Source: a virus
Direction: 5' to 3' (one strand)
IMG/VR virus record: IMGVR_UViG_3300027974_000032
Coordinates: 1 to 64,000 of that record
Length of the DNA: 64,000 bases
A program made the position numbers and the translations under genes. Below are positions 35,562 through 44,033 of the stretch, one piece after another (position 1 is the stretch's first letter; every line of letters starts with the position of its first letter). The notes below the pieces were generated by a model. It had not been told where the DNA came from, did not search any database, and saw only the letters and a list, made by a program, of their open reading frames with translations.

Positions 35562-36722
35562 TTACTTAATGTAAGTAACCTTTGCCTTTGGATTCTTTGC
35601 ATTCCACTTCTTTGCAAGTGCATTGAAAGCATCCTTGATTGACTTAAGTGCAGCAGCATTATCTGCTGTTAACTTAGCGATAGTTGCATCCTTAGCAAGG
35701 ACAACTGCATCTGAAGCAGTCTTTGCATCAGCAAGTGCCTTAGCAGAAGCAGCCTTCTCAGCAGCAAGTGCTGTAGCAGAAGCAGCCTTCTCTGCTGCAA
35801 GAGCAGCATCTGAAGCAACCTTAGCAGCAGCAGCATCTGCAGCAGCCTTAACGACTGCAGCATCTGAAATTGCCTTAGCAGCAAGTGCTGCATCCTTAGC
35901 AGCAGTCTGTGCTGCAAGTTCTGAAACTAGATCACGAACTGTGATTTCTGCAAACGGTGCAAGTGCACGAGCAGGTAGACCAACTACATCAGCAGTTGTT
36001 GCATCAGATGATGTTGTAGGTGAGAATGTGATTAGCGATCTTGTTCCAGTTGCTGGAAGTGTTGCAGTAAACTTTGCAACTCCAAAATCTGAAAGTGTGG
36101 CACCAGTTGTAACTGTTGCTGTATCAACTGTTGCTGTTGCAGCAAAAATTGTTGCAGTAATTGACTTGCCAGAAACCTTGTTACCAAATGTGTCTGTTGC
36201 AGTCACTGAGATATCTTGCTTTGTACCAGCAGCACCAGCAGCAGGAGCAGATACTGTAAGAGTATTAATCTTACCAGCAGTTCCCTGTACGTAGTATGTA
36301 AGTTGTGTTCCACCATTAGTGATTACAACTGTACCAATTGCTGTTGTCTTTGTGTAGACATAAAATGTTGCTGTTGTTCCTGTACCAGTGGCAATTGTCA
36401 AAGATGATGATCCTGATGTTGCTCCTACTGGTGCAGCAGTTGTGTGTAGTGCAGACACGATTGTTGCATTTGTTGCTACGACTGAAACGCTTGTTCCAAC
36501 ATCGACTGTTGCAATAAACTTTAGTGCGTCAGCAGCGTCAACTGTATTGTCTGCAGGTACTGGCAATGATGCAGGCGTTGCGATTGCTGAGTTTGTAGTG
36601 TTTGCTACAGAGTCAAGCGATACAGCGACTGTCATTACAGCAGCACTTGCAGGTGTTGCTACCATTGTGCCCAAAGTCATGGCTGCAACCATGGCTAGTG
36701 CGATTTTCTTAAATGAGTTCAT
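35562..36722 (-). CDS. exported surface-layer-like protein (Ig-like beta region + Ala/Lys coiled coil)
   Basis: MNSFKKIALAMVAAMTLG...PASA signal; VTATDTFGN Ig motif; AAEKAAS repeats; strong codon bias. Confidence 0.75.
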   Translation of the reverse strand: MNSFKKIALAMVAAMTLGTMVATPASAAVMTVAVSLDSVANTTNSAIATPASLPVPADNTVDAADALKFIATVDVGTSVSVVATNATIVSALHTTAAPVGATSGSSSLTIATGTGTTATFYVYTKTTAIGTVVITNGGTQLTYYVQGTAGKINTLTVSAPAAGAAGTKQDISVTATDTFGNKVSGKSITATIFAATATVDTATVTTGATLSDFGVAKFTATLPATGTRSLITFSPTTSSDATTADVVGLPARALAPFAEITVRDLVSELAAQTAAKDAALAAKAISDAAVVKAAADAAAAKVASDAALAAEKAASATALAAEKAASAKALADAKTASDAVVLAKDATIAKLTADNAAALKSIKDAFNALAKKWNAKNPKAKVTYIK

Positions 36723-36742
36723 TTAATTTATTCCTTTTCTTA

Positions 36743-38521
36743 TTATAGTAAGTTAAATCTATCCAAATAATCTTTTACATCATTTGGCATAGGTTTATAT
36801 TCTATCACATTGGTGAAGGGGTTGTCAACTTTGGGGCTGTCCCTAAATGTATGAATCTCCACTTCAGTGTTATTATCCTTTGGGGTATGTGATATTGCCC
36901 CAAAAATAGCACCACACACAGCGTCAGCCAAGTCTTTTGATAACTTTCGTGGGTGGTCAACTCTATTATTTTTCATAATCTTTAACTCTGTTAGTTCTTC
37001 GAACAAAAGTTCTATTGAGGGCATCGCAAGTCTTTCCTCATATACAAGCATTGCCATATCTTCATAATGTTTTTTAGCAACAGAAACTGTTTCAGTTCTC
37101 ATGCCAACCTGCTTTAATTCATTTTGAATATCAAAGGACTGCCAACGGTCAAAGGAAACCATTCCAATATTGAAACCCATTCTTCTTAAGTTTTGAATCC
37201 ATTGTTTTACATCCGAAAGATTGACTGGCCCCTCGACTTTAGGTTCCCAATAGACAACTGCATCTACAACCACTATCGGTGCTACCTGCTCATAATTATT
37301 AATAACTTGAACATTTACCCATTTGTCTACATGAGCAATTGCAACCGCACACTTGTCATGTTTTTGTGCAAGGTCAGCATGAACATAATAAACTTTATCT
37401 GGATCTGGTTTAAATGCTTCATCAAATCTTTTAAAATTATCTATTGGATTTCTTAATGTCATACACTTTCTAACTTTTTCTACTTGTTTAAAAAATGCAT
37501 CTGTAGAGTGTGTTGGTACACATGCAAATCTTTGCATTGCATCACCCAGGTCTGTAAAGAAAGAAATCTTAAAGTCTTCAATTTTTCTTGTTGGATTAAC
37601 AACCCATGTTGGTCTCTTTAAAGCAAAAACTCCAGGATATTTATAAGAAATAATTGTGTCTTCTTGCCAAGATATTTCTAATGTATTTCCTGGTGCATCT
37701 GCAGGAAGATCTTCATTCATAATAAAGGTGTGAGTCTTTTCAACAATTTCTTTTTCTGCAATTACATCATCATACTTTTGTGAAATAAAGTCTCCTGGAT
37801 AACGTGGGAAAGATAGTAGGGCTACTTTACCAAGATCAGGAAAACGAGAATCAACGGATGCACGGAATGCTTTATATATATTATCTGCTGTTTTTCCTTG
37901 TTCATTTCCTGTTCCAACTTCTTGTGCAAAACCTGAAATTTCATCAAGTACTGCTAACAAAAGGTTTAAACCCTCATGTGACTCACGTTCTGAGTGACCA
38001 GAGTAAACAGTAATAGAGTGATCAAACTCAATACTTTCTGCTTTTGGATTATACTTTCCAGCAAACCATGGAGACCTTTCAATCTTAGTTTTAAATCCTT
38101 TAAAGAAAACATTTTTAGCCTGTTGAGCATTGATAGCAACGTTAATAATATCAATAGCATCTCCAGATGGTTTACCAAAATATTTTGCTGGATCATTTAA
38201 ACATAATAGTTTATAAACTATATAGGCACATGCTACTGTAGATGTAAAATCTTTACCAGACCCCTTGCCAAGTTGGAGAATTACTTCATTCTTTGTATAT
38301 TTTTTATAATACCTTGTACCCTCTTCTTCACCTAGCAAATCAATAAGATCTTCGAGTTTATATATTTGGCTCATTGCCTCAACAATATCGTATTGAACCT
38401 GTGAAAGTGGTGGCTGTCCTAAATAATCTTCACCCTCAACAAAGGTCTTTGCGTTCACTGGTATTTCAGCAAAGTTGTTATTTTTTAATACTTCAAGAAA
38501 CTCATTGAACATCGTGGACAA
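36743..38521 (-). CDS. terL: terminase large subunit
   Basis: GKGSGKDF Walker A, VLDEISGF Walker B, HADLAQKHD, SFDRWQS, DHP...SKDLADA. Confidence 0.88.
   Translation of the reverse strand: MSTMFNEFLEVLKNNNFAEIPVNAKTFVEGEDYLGQPPLSQVQYDIVEAMSQIYKLEDLIDLLGEEEGTRYYKKYTKNEVILQLGKGSGKDFTSTVACAYIVYKLLCLNDPAKYFGKPSGDAIDIINVAINAQQAKNVFFKGFKTKIERSPWFAGKYNPKAESIEFDHSITVYSGHSERESHEGLNLLLAVLDEISGFAQEVGTGNEQGKTADNIYKAFRASVDSRFPDLGKVALLSFPRYPGDFISQKYDDVIAEKEIVEKTHTFIMNEDLPADAPGNTLEISWQEDTIISYKYPGVFALKRPTWVVNPTRKIEDFKISFFTDLGDAMQRFACVPTHSTDAFFKQVEKVRKCMTLRNPIDNFKRFDEAFKPDPDKVYYVHADLAQKHDKCAVAIAHVDKWVNVQVINNYEQVAPIVVVDAVVYWEPKVEGPVNLSDVKQWIQNLRRMGFNIGMVSFDRWQSFDIQNELKQVGMRTETVSVAKKHYEDMAMLVYEERLAMPSIELLFEELTELKIMKNNRVDHPRKLSKDLADAVCGAIFGAISHTPKDNNTEVEIHTFRDSPKVDNPFTNVIEYKPMPNDVKDYLDRFNLL
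36799..36828 (-). promoter_or_regulatory. promoter inside terL 3' end, for surface protein gene
   Basis: TTGACA-18-TAGAAT with TG extension. Confidence 0.65.
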
Positions 38522-39038
38522 CTGTGATTACCTCATTATCTCTTGATATTGCTGATAGTCTACGCATAATTTCATCACGCACTTGTGGATATTCTGCTGC
38601 TATATCTCTAAGAACATTTATCAATATCTCTTGACGCTTCTCAATCTCAACCATCTCATCTGCAAGTTCTTTATTTTCTAGTAGTCCAGCCTTTTGCAAC
38701 ATATCTATTCTTTTGGATTCAATATCCATTACAAGTTTTATAGCAGCAGTCTTTGCACTAAGATTATTAGTCATTGATGCCTCGTCAATAACCTCATACG
38801 ACTTTGAAATTAATTTGCTGTAGTGTGCATCTGCTCCAGATAAGGCTTCTTTAGCACGTGCACGAATTGCTGCATTGTTAGATGCACTCACCTTCCACTC
38901 ATCTATATATGAAACAACCCTTTGTCTTGGAATTGCAAGGTCTTTTGAAATTTGTGTGGGGTCATTGCCCTTTAAGTATTCTTCAACAACTTGGTTGACT
39001 TGATCTTGATGTTTGACTAGATCATCTTCAATTGACAT
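38502..39038 (-). CDS. putative terminase small subunit (N-terminal HTH)
   Basis: Directly upstream of terL; YLKG..PTQISKDL.I. Confidence 0.6.
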   Translation of the reverse strand: MSIEDDLVKHQDQVNQVVEEYLKGNDPTQISKDLAIPRQRVVSYIDEWKVSASNNAAIRARAKEALSGADAHYSKLISKSYEVIDEASMTNNLSAKTAAIKLVMDIESKRIDMLQKAGLLENKELADEMVEIEKRQEILINVLRDIAAEYPQVRDEIMRRLSAISRDNEVITVVHDVQ

Positions 39039-39270
39039 ATTTTCCCTCTAGTCTATTGATTTCATCCTTGATATAAAAAATTGCTTTCTCAAGATCTTGT
39101 ATTGTTTTTGCTTCATCTTTAAGTCCTGCTCTCCACAAATATTTGAATGCATTACCAATATTAAAATTACGGTGGCGAGTAATTTCTAAGCATTCAACCC
39201 CAGAAGGATCTGTAGTGTAGTGTGACGGATGATTAACTTGATCTACCGTAATATTTAAGTTATCACTCAT
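39028..39270 (-). CDS. DUF3310 protein
   Basis: DQVNHPSHY...EC...GNAFKYLWRAG.K...DLEKA..Y. Confidence 0.85.
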   Translation of the reverse strand: MSDNLNITVDQVNHPSHYTTDPSGVECLEITRHRNFNIGNAFKYLWRAGLKDEAKTIQDLEKAIFYIKDEINRLEGKYVN

Positions 39271-39425
39271 GCTTCTCCTCCAAGATCATGTCCCCACATT
39301 GATTCTTCATCATCATCTTCCCAATCAAATGCTTCTGGAATTCCTTTTAACGCAGCAAATGCAAAAACAAAGCCAACAGTGCCTGCAACTGCAAGTGCTA
39401 CCAATGCCTTTTCAAATTTATTCAT
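39267..39425 (-). CDS. small membrane protein
   Basis: Start MNKFEK; TM helix then acidic tail. Confidence 0.6.
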   Translation of the reverse strand: MNKFEKALVALAVAGTVGFVFAFAALKGIPEAFDWEDDDEESMWGHDLGGEA

Positions 39426-39577
39426 CGTCTTGACTTCCTTAATCCAAATTTGGCAAGGTAGACGTATATGGTCTCTAGACTCACTCCGCACTCCTTAGCA
39501 ATTTCTTCTGGAGTCTTCTTATCCATAAGATATCTCTTACGCATAAAAGTCTCACTTGTATATAGTTTAGCAGCCAT
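39422..39577 (-). CDS. small HTH DNA-binding protein (51 aa)
   Basis: Not in track: MAAKLYTSETFMRKRY..DKKTPEEIAKECGVSLETIYVYLAKFGL. Confidence 0.75.
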   Translation of the reverse strand: MAAKLYTSETFMRKRYLMDKKTPEEIAKECGVSLETIYVYLAKFGLRKSRR

Positions 39578-39581
39578 AGTA

Positions 39582-40178
39582 TTATTTGTCAACTCCTATT
39601 GCTTTTCCCCAGTTTTTTAATGCCCAATGGCCAATTCCACAGGCGTCTGCTACATCGTTATCACTAATAGTTCTATCATATATAGTATTGATATATTTTA
39701 TAGTTCTTTGTTTTCTAAGTTCTCTCTCATAAGATTTGTACCAGGAAACTGATTTTCCAGGATACTGGTACCTTATGACTACTTGCTCATCTTTTGATAT
39801 TTTTTTATTTCCAATATAGTTTTGCCAAGTTATTGGTGAAACTTTTCCAATTACCTTAGTTCCAGTTTGTCCCGCTGATCCAAGAATAGCCCCTTGTACT
39901 AATGCAAGATCTGCAGCAGTCTTAGGGCTATTCATGAACACAGTATGCTCAATTACTATTGCTTCAAACCCACCATAGTAATCAAAGAATGCCTTAACCT
40001 TGTTTCCAGCATCCATAACTTTTTCATAGGTGTTGTTGCCTTTAAAGTTAATCTTTCCAACTGCTCCCAACGATTGTTGTTGGGTGTTAAATAAAGCAAA
40101 AGCAAGACTATTAGTGCTTGCATCAATAGAGCATATAGTTGTTGGTGGAAGTTCTAGACCCCACTTATTCTTTACCAT
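39582..40178 (-). CDS. ruvC: RuvC-like Holliday junction resolvase
   Basis: SIDAST, IVIEH, P.TW, DNDVADA.GI. Confidence 0.7.
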   Translation of the reverse strand: MVKNKWGLELPPTTICSIDASTNSLAFALFNTQQQSLGAVGKINFKGNNTYEKVMDAGNKVKAFFDYYGGFEAIVIEHTVFMNSPKTAADLALVQGAILGSAGQTGTKVIGKVSPITWQNYIGNKKISKDEQVVIRYQYPGKSVSWYKSYERELRKQRTIKYINTIYDRTISDNDVADACGIGHWALKNWGKAIGVDK

Positions 40179-40449
40179 TTGCAAGCCCCTTAATATTCTT
40201 TAAAACTTTTGCAACATCTTTTGGATTAACTGAACAGTTTGTACACAAGGGTTCATCATTATAGATGGACAAATCTTTATCACAAGATTTGCACTTTCTA
40301 GTTTTGCCTTTTCGTTTTTGCCTTCTAGTTATAATATATCTTGCAGCAATTTTTTCTTTTGTTGCTGAGTCCCTGCACTCTGCAGAACAATATATTTGAT
40401 AACTTACTTCTGTCTTAAAGGAGTTATCACACCATTGACAATTTTTCAT
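40165..40449 (-). CDS. Cys-rich zinc-binding protein
   Basis: CQWC, YCSAEC, CKSC, CTNC. Confidence 0.7.
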   Translation of the reverse strand: MKNCQWCDNSFKTEVSYQIYCSAECRDSATKEKIAARYIITRRQKRKGKTRKCKSCDKDLSIYNDEPLCTNCSVNPKDVAKVLKNIKGLANGKE

Positions 40450-41224
40450 CGATTGGCTCCAGAGGTTTTATTTTTATAGTTCCCTCTCCAGCAATGTCAC
40501 AAGCCTTTTTTACAGGACATGTTTTACATATTTTAGAGTTAGATCTATAATTTTTACTTGGCAAAGTTCTATCGACCCATGCCTTGCGTGTCTCTTTCAT
40601 CCAATCAAATGCTTGGTCTACCCACCTAACATAATAATCATTTACTTCAACAGGAAGAATTAGCAACTCATGATTATTTTTATTTTCATAAATAAACACA
40701 GCCTTCTTCTTCTTGAGAATCTTCATATAGATAAGCAACTGTATAAGGTGACCAGTCTTTGGTCTTCCCGCTGCTTTGCGATATTCAAAAGCCTCGCTCA
40801 TCATTGTTTTAATTTCACCAAGCAGTGGCTCGCCTTGCCAGTCAAGCATTACATCCCCATAACCAAAAATTGGAGGATCAACGTAAGTGACCTTAAACTC
40901 TTCTTCAATTAAAATTCCAGCATCTTTCATAGCCTTTTGCAAACGCCCATGTGAAAGTGTTCCAGCAGTCATGTTAGCAACACCATAAGCGTCTGAGTTG
41001 TCTTCAAAGTCCGCTCCGTCAAAAGCAATGTACCAGTATCTTGCACATTCTCCATGAGAGTATGCTAATGTTGATGGTGCAAAGGTTTTCTTTGTTGTAA
41101 ATTTTGTTCCTCTTGGTGCAGTATAGCCATGCTGAATTGCTTTAATCAGTCCTTCTGGATCGACTGGATGAGGCTCTTTTGGTGCTGACCTGATCATAAC
41201 CTGCTGTAATAAACTTTTAGACAT
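40427..41224 (-). CDS. Cas4-like PD-(D/E)xK exonuclease
   Basis: C.R, GT..H, G..D, EIKT, QLLIY, CKTCP....C. Confidence 0.82.
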   Translation of the reverse strand: MSKSLLQQVMIRSAPKEPHPVDPEGLIKAIQHGYTAPRGTKFTTKKTFAPSTLAYSHGECARYWYIAFDGADFEDNSDAYGVANMTAGTLSHGRLQKAMKDAGILIEEEFKVTYVDPPIFGYGDVMLDWQGEPLLGEIKTMMSEAFEYRKAAGRPKTGHLIQLLIYMKILKKKKAVFIYENKNNHELLILPVEVNDYYVRWVDQAFDWMKETRKAWVDRTLPSKNYRSNSKICKTCPVKKACDIAGEGTIKIKPLEPIDEKLSMV

Positions 41225-41263
41225 TATCTTTTCTCTTTTCTTGTAAGTTATAAGTATAGCAGA

Positions 41264-41569
41264 TTAACGGATTATATATTTGAGTGCTGCAACTAAATTG
41301 TTAATTGACTCTGCTGCAGTATAGTAAATGTTTTTCTTTCCCCTATTAGATTTATCAACGTTTGCCATCCAAGTTGCTTTAAAAGACATCTTTGCAGCAA
41401 TGGCCTGTAATCTAACTATTTCAGTTGAAACAACGTTAAATGGGATATCTGGTTTTAATATTGCTTTTGTGATAAACACTAATGCGGTTGTCAGATCTTC
41501 ATCATCCATAAACTCTGATATTTCGGACAACCCATTAAGCATATCTACGGTTGAATTATTTTCTTCCAA
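41264..41569 (-). CDS. hypothetical protein
   Basis: 101 aa, TTG start. Confidence 0.7.
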   Translation of the reverse strand: MEENNSTVDMLNGLSEISEFMDDEDLTTALVFITKAILKPDIPFNVVSTEIVRLQAIAAKMSFKATWMANVDKSNRGKKNIYYTAAESINNLVAALKYIIR

Positions 41570-41577
41570 TGTAGTTT

Positions 41578-42258
41578 CTACTCTCTGTTTTGTTTTAGTT
41601 TTTCGTCTTTATCTTGATACTCTGTTTGATACTTTTTAAATTTTGGATTTGCGTTCCAACTATCTAATCTGGCCTGTCTTGCATCATCTTCTCTTGCTGG
41701 GCCATTTAGAGTCTCATGATCTTCTTTTGTTGAGAAGTGCATTGTAAGAACCTCTGTATTGTCACCTTCATTAAAAAGAATTGGTTCTCTCCAGTGAATA
41801 GTTCCTGCTCCCCAAAATACAAGTAGGTCTCCATATTCCAAATTAAATGAATCCTCTTCAATAACAATTGGCCAATCAATATTTTTATCTAGTTGATAGT
41901 CAAGTGTTAACTTTGAGTAATAATTATCTGAATCAAAATGTGGTGGCAACTTAGGGTTTGCTCCTGGGGAGTGTTCCTGATTATAACTCAGGTAACTATT
42001 GTGGTACATAAAAACTTGTTCTCCAACCATTTCTGAGGCAAACTTTTCAAGTTTTTCCTGAATATGTACTGGGTACATAACTTCGATTTGCATTCGTGCC
42101 ATTTGTGGTAAGACAAAAGGCTCATAGAACTCGCTTAGATCTTTAGCATTTTTTTGATACTTTACTATAGCAAGTATGACTTCTAGTTCTTCTTCTGTAA
42201 AGAAGTTCTTTATGATATGTGGTGTTACTGCGTTCTTTGGTGCGTATCCTGTATCCAT
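41578..42258 (-). CDS. 2OG-Fe(II) oxygenase-like protein, leaderless
   Basis: LPPHFD...WPI...GD.LVF.G...HWRE; TATAAT-6-ATG. Confidence 0.7.
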   Translation of the reverse strand: MDTGYAPKNAVTPHIIKNFFTEEELEVILAIVKYQKNAKDLSEFYEPFVLPQMARMQIEVMYPVHIQEKLEKFASEMVGEQVFMYHNSYLSYNQEHSPGANPKLPPHFDSDNYYSKLTLDYQLDKNIDWPIVIEEDSFNLEYGDLLVFWGAGTIHWREPILFNEGDNTEVLTMHFSTKEDHETLNGPAREDDARQARLDSWNANPKFKKYQTEYQDKDEKLKQNRE

Positions 42259-42265
42259 AATACTA

Positions 42266-42553
42266 TTATACCTCATCCTCTAAAAGTTGTTCTAGAATTG
42301 CTACCTCTATTACTGCCAACCTTACCTTTGAATTTCCTTCGCCCAAAACAATAAAAATAGCAGGATCGTTTTTATTTTTCATTGCATCTGTAACTGCTTT
42401 TGCCCAAATATCCTTATTGATAGTTATACCTTTTGGATACTCTTTAAAATCAACTGTGAAGTTATTCCAAGTGGCATCGCCTTTATGTGTATTCCTACCA
42501 GAATTTTTATGCTGCTTAGCCCCTATCCTTTTGCTCTCGCTTCTCTCGCTCAT
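42266..42553 (-). CDS. PD-(D/E)xK Holliday junction resolvase-like nuclease
   Basis: E...NSG...KGD...VDFKE. Confidence 0.6.
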   Translation of the reverse strand: MSERSESKRIGAKQHKNSGRNTHKGDATWNNFTVDFKEYPKGITINKDIWAKAVTDAMKNKNDPAIFIVLGEGNSKVRLAVIEVAILEQLLEDEV

Positions 42554-42710
42554 AGTCTTTTTTCTCCTTAATGAGTTTAACCTTGCTCAAGTGTTTTTCT
42601 GGGCACATCCATGATATTTCTTTTGTATCTGGATATAGTCTCATTGTCTTTACATCTACCCCGCATGATTGGCAGAGCATGTTTCCATGATAAATGCTAT
42701 ATCTAGCCAT
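42516..42710 (-). CDS. zinc-ribbon protein
   Basis: CQSC...WMCPEKH. Confidence 0.65.
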   Translation of the reverse strand: MARYSIYHGNMLCQSCGVDVKTMRLYPDTKEISWMCPEKHLSKVKLIKEKKDYEREKREQKDRG

Positions 42711-43716
42711 TAACCTTAGCCTTAATTAAATCCTGTAAGTCTAAATCTTCTCTAACACGATTAACAAAAGCATCTCGTCCTTGTACCTTAGATCCATCTG
42801 GAAGCACGTACCAAGCACCTGTGCGCTCTACAATGCCCATCATTTCTGCTGTATCAACCAAATCACCAATGGAATCAATACCAACATTGTCACCTCTAAA
42901 ATAAAAATCATACTCACCACTCTGGAACCCTGGAGAAGTTTTAGAGAACTGTAGTTCCCATCTAACTTTTCGACCAATCTTTTCTTCAATGAGTTTGTCA
43001 CCAATTGCGATTTTTCCTTTAATAGCCTGATTGTCAGATTCAGATGAAAATAATTTAATAACACTTGATGAATAAAACTTAGTAGCCTGACCACCAGTAG
43101 GCTGCTGGCTAGTATACATAGCGCTAATATTATTACGAGACTGACTAATAAGCACAAGCATAGTAGGCTTAACTTTATTATTAGCATAGTTAAGCATTTT
43201 CCATGCATTGCTAAAGTCTCTAGACTCCGCACCAATTTGCTTTGTGTTTTCAAGTTGCTTGAGTTCATCAGTATCCTTTTCAAAATAAATTGCTGGGAGC
43301 AACGATGTGATAGAGTCAACAACAATCATATCTACCCCTGCCTCAATTAATTGTACACCAACATCAACCATCTCATTAATGGTTCTTGCTTGTGAAACAA
43401 TAAGTTTAGATGTATCTACTCCAAGGCTTGCTGCCCACTTAGTATCATATGACATTTCTGCATCAATCCAGGCGCAGACCTTTCCTTCTTGTTGGGCAAG
43501 ACCAATCATTTGCAAACATAAAGAAGATTTAGCAGAAGACTTACTTCCCCAAATTAAAACTTGTCGACCATATGGAAGGCCACCATTTAATGCACGATTA
43601 AGCCCATAACTTGGTGTTGCTGCATATTGTGTTGGTGGAACTACATCACCAATCATTACGCTCTTGCGTAACTTTGGATTTAGTGATGCTAAAACCTCTT
43701 CTACTGTTACTGTCAT
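42703..43716 (-). CDS. recA: RecA-family recombinase
   Basis: GGLPYGR, IDAE, LGVD, VVDSI, ISQ.R, TGG.A.KFY, GAWY. Confidence 0.9.
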   Translation of the reverse strand: MTVTVEEVLASLNPKLRKSVMIGDVVPPTQYAATPSYGLNRALNGGLPYGRQVLIWGSKSSAKSSLCLQMIGLAQQEGKVCAWIDAEMSYDTKWAASLGVDTSKLIVSQARTINEMVDVGVQLIEAGVDMIVVDSITSLLPAIYFEKDTDELKQLENTKQIGAESRDFSNAWKMLNYANNKVKPTMLVLISQSRNNISAMYTSQQPTGGQATKFYSSSVIKLFSSESDNQAIKGKIAIGDKLIEEKIGRKVRWELQFSKTSPGFQSGEYDFYFRGDNVGIDSIGDLVDTAEMMGIVERTGAWYVLPDGSKVQGRDAFVNRVREDLDLQDLIKAKVNG

Positions 43717-44033
43717 CAGAACTTTACTCCATGCTTCTCTGGTCTAGTTTTATTAAATTGTGTTTTTTCTTTTAACGCATAATCAAGCGATAATTTAGTA
43801 TACCCTGCTTCAACAAGTCCTGCATATAGATCAAGGGTACGAATTAAAATGTCTGCTACTTCTTTTGTTATTTCTTCTTCCCCTTTATCTTTTCTAATTG
43901 CTTCCATTGTTTCTGTAACTTCTGAAACAACCATCATACACTGTTTAGCAATAAATATATCATCTATTTCTTCAGGCCAAAAACCTTTTTCTTTTGCTAT
44001 TTCATGTAATTGTATTGCTAAATCATCAAGCAT
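43716..44033 (-). CDS. MazG-like nucleotide pyrophosphohydrolase
   Basis: SEVTE.MEA.RK...EVADILIR.LD...N..R..KHG. Confidence 0.8.
   Translation of the reverse strand: MLDDLAIQLHEIAKEKGFWPEEIDDIFIAKQCMMVVSEVTETMEAIRKDKGEEEITKEVADILIRTLDLYAGLVEAGYTKLSLDYALKEKTQFNKTRPEKHGVKF

Noticed and set aside
33682-36726. Long plus-strand ORFs (33682..34206, 35623..36294, 36388..36726)
   Set aside because: Antisense shadows of Pro-rich and Ala-rich genes with few stops in that frame
40427-41224. CRISPR-Cas system suggested by Cas4-like gene
   Set aside because: No repeat-spacer array or other cas genes seen; solo Cas4-like nucleases are normal in phage recombination modules
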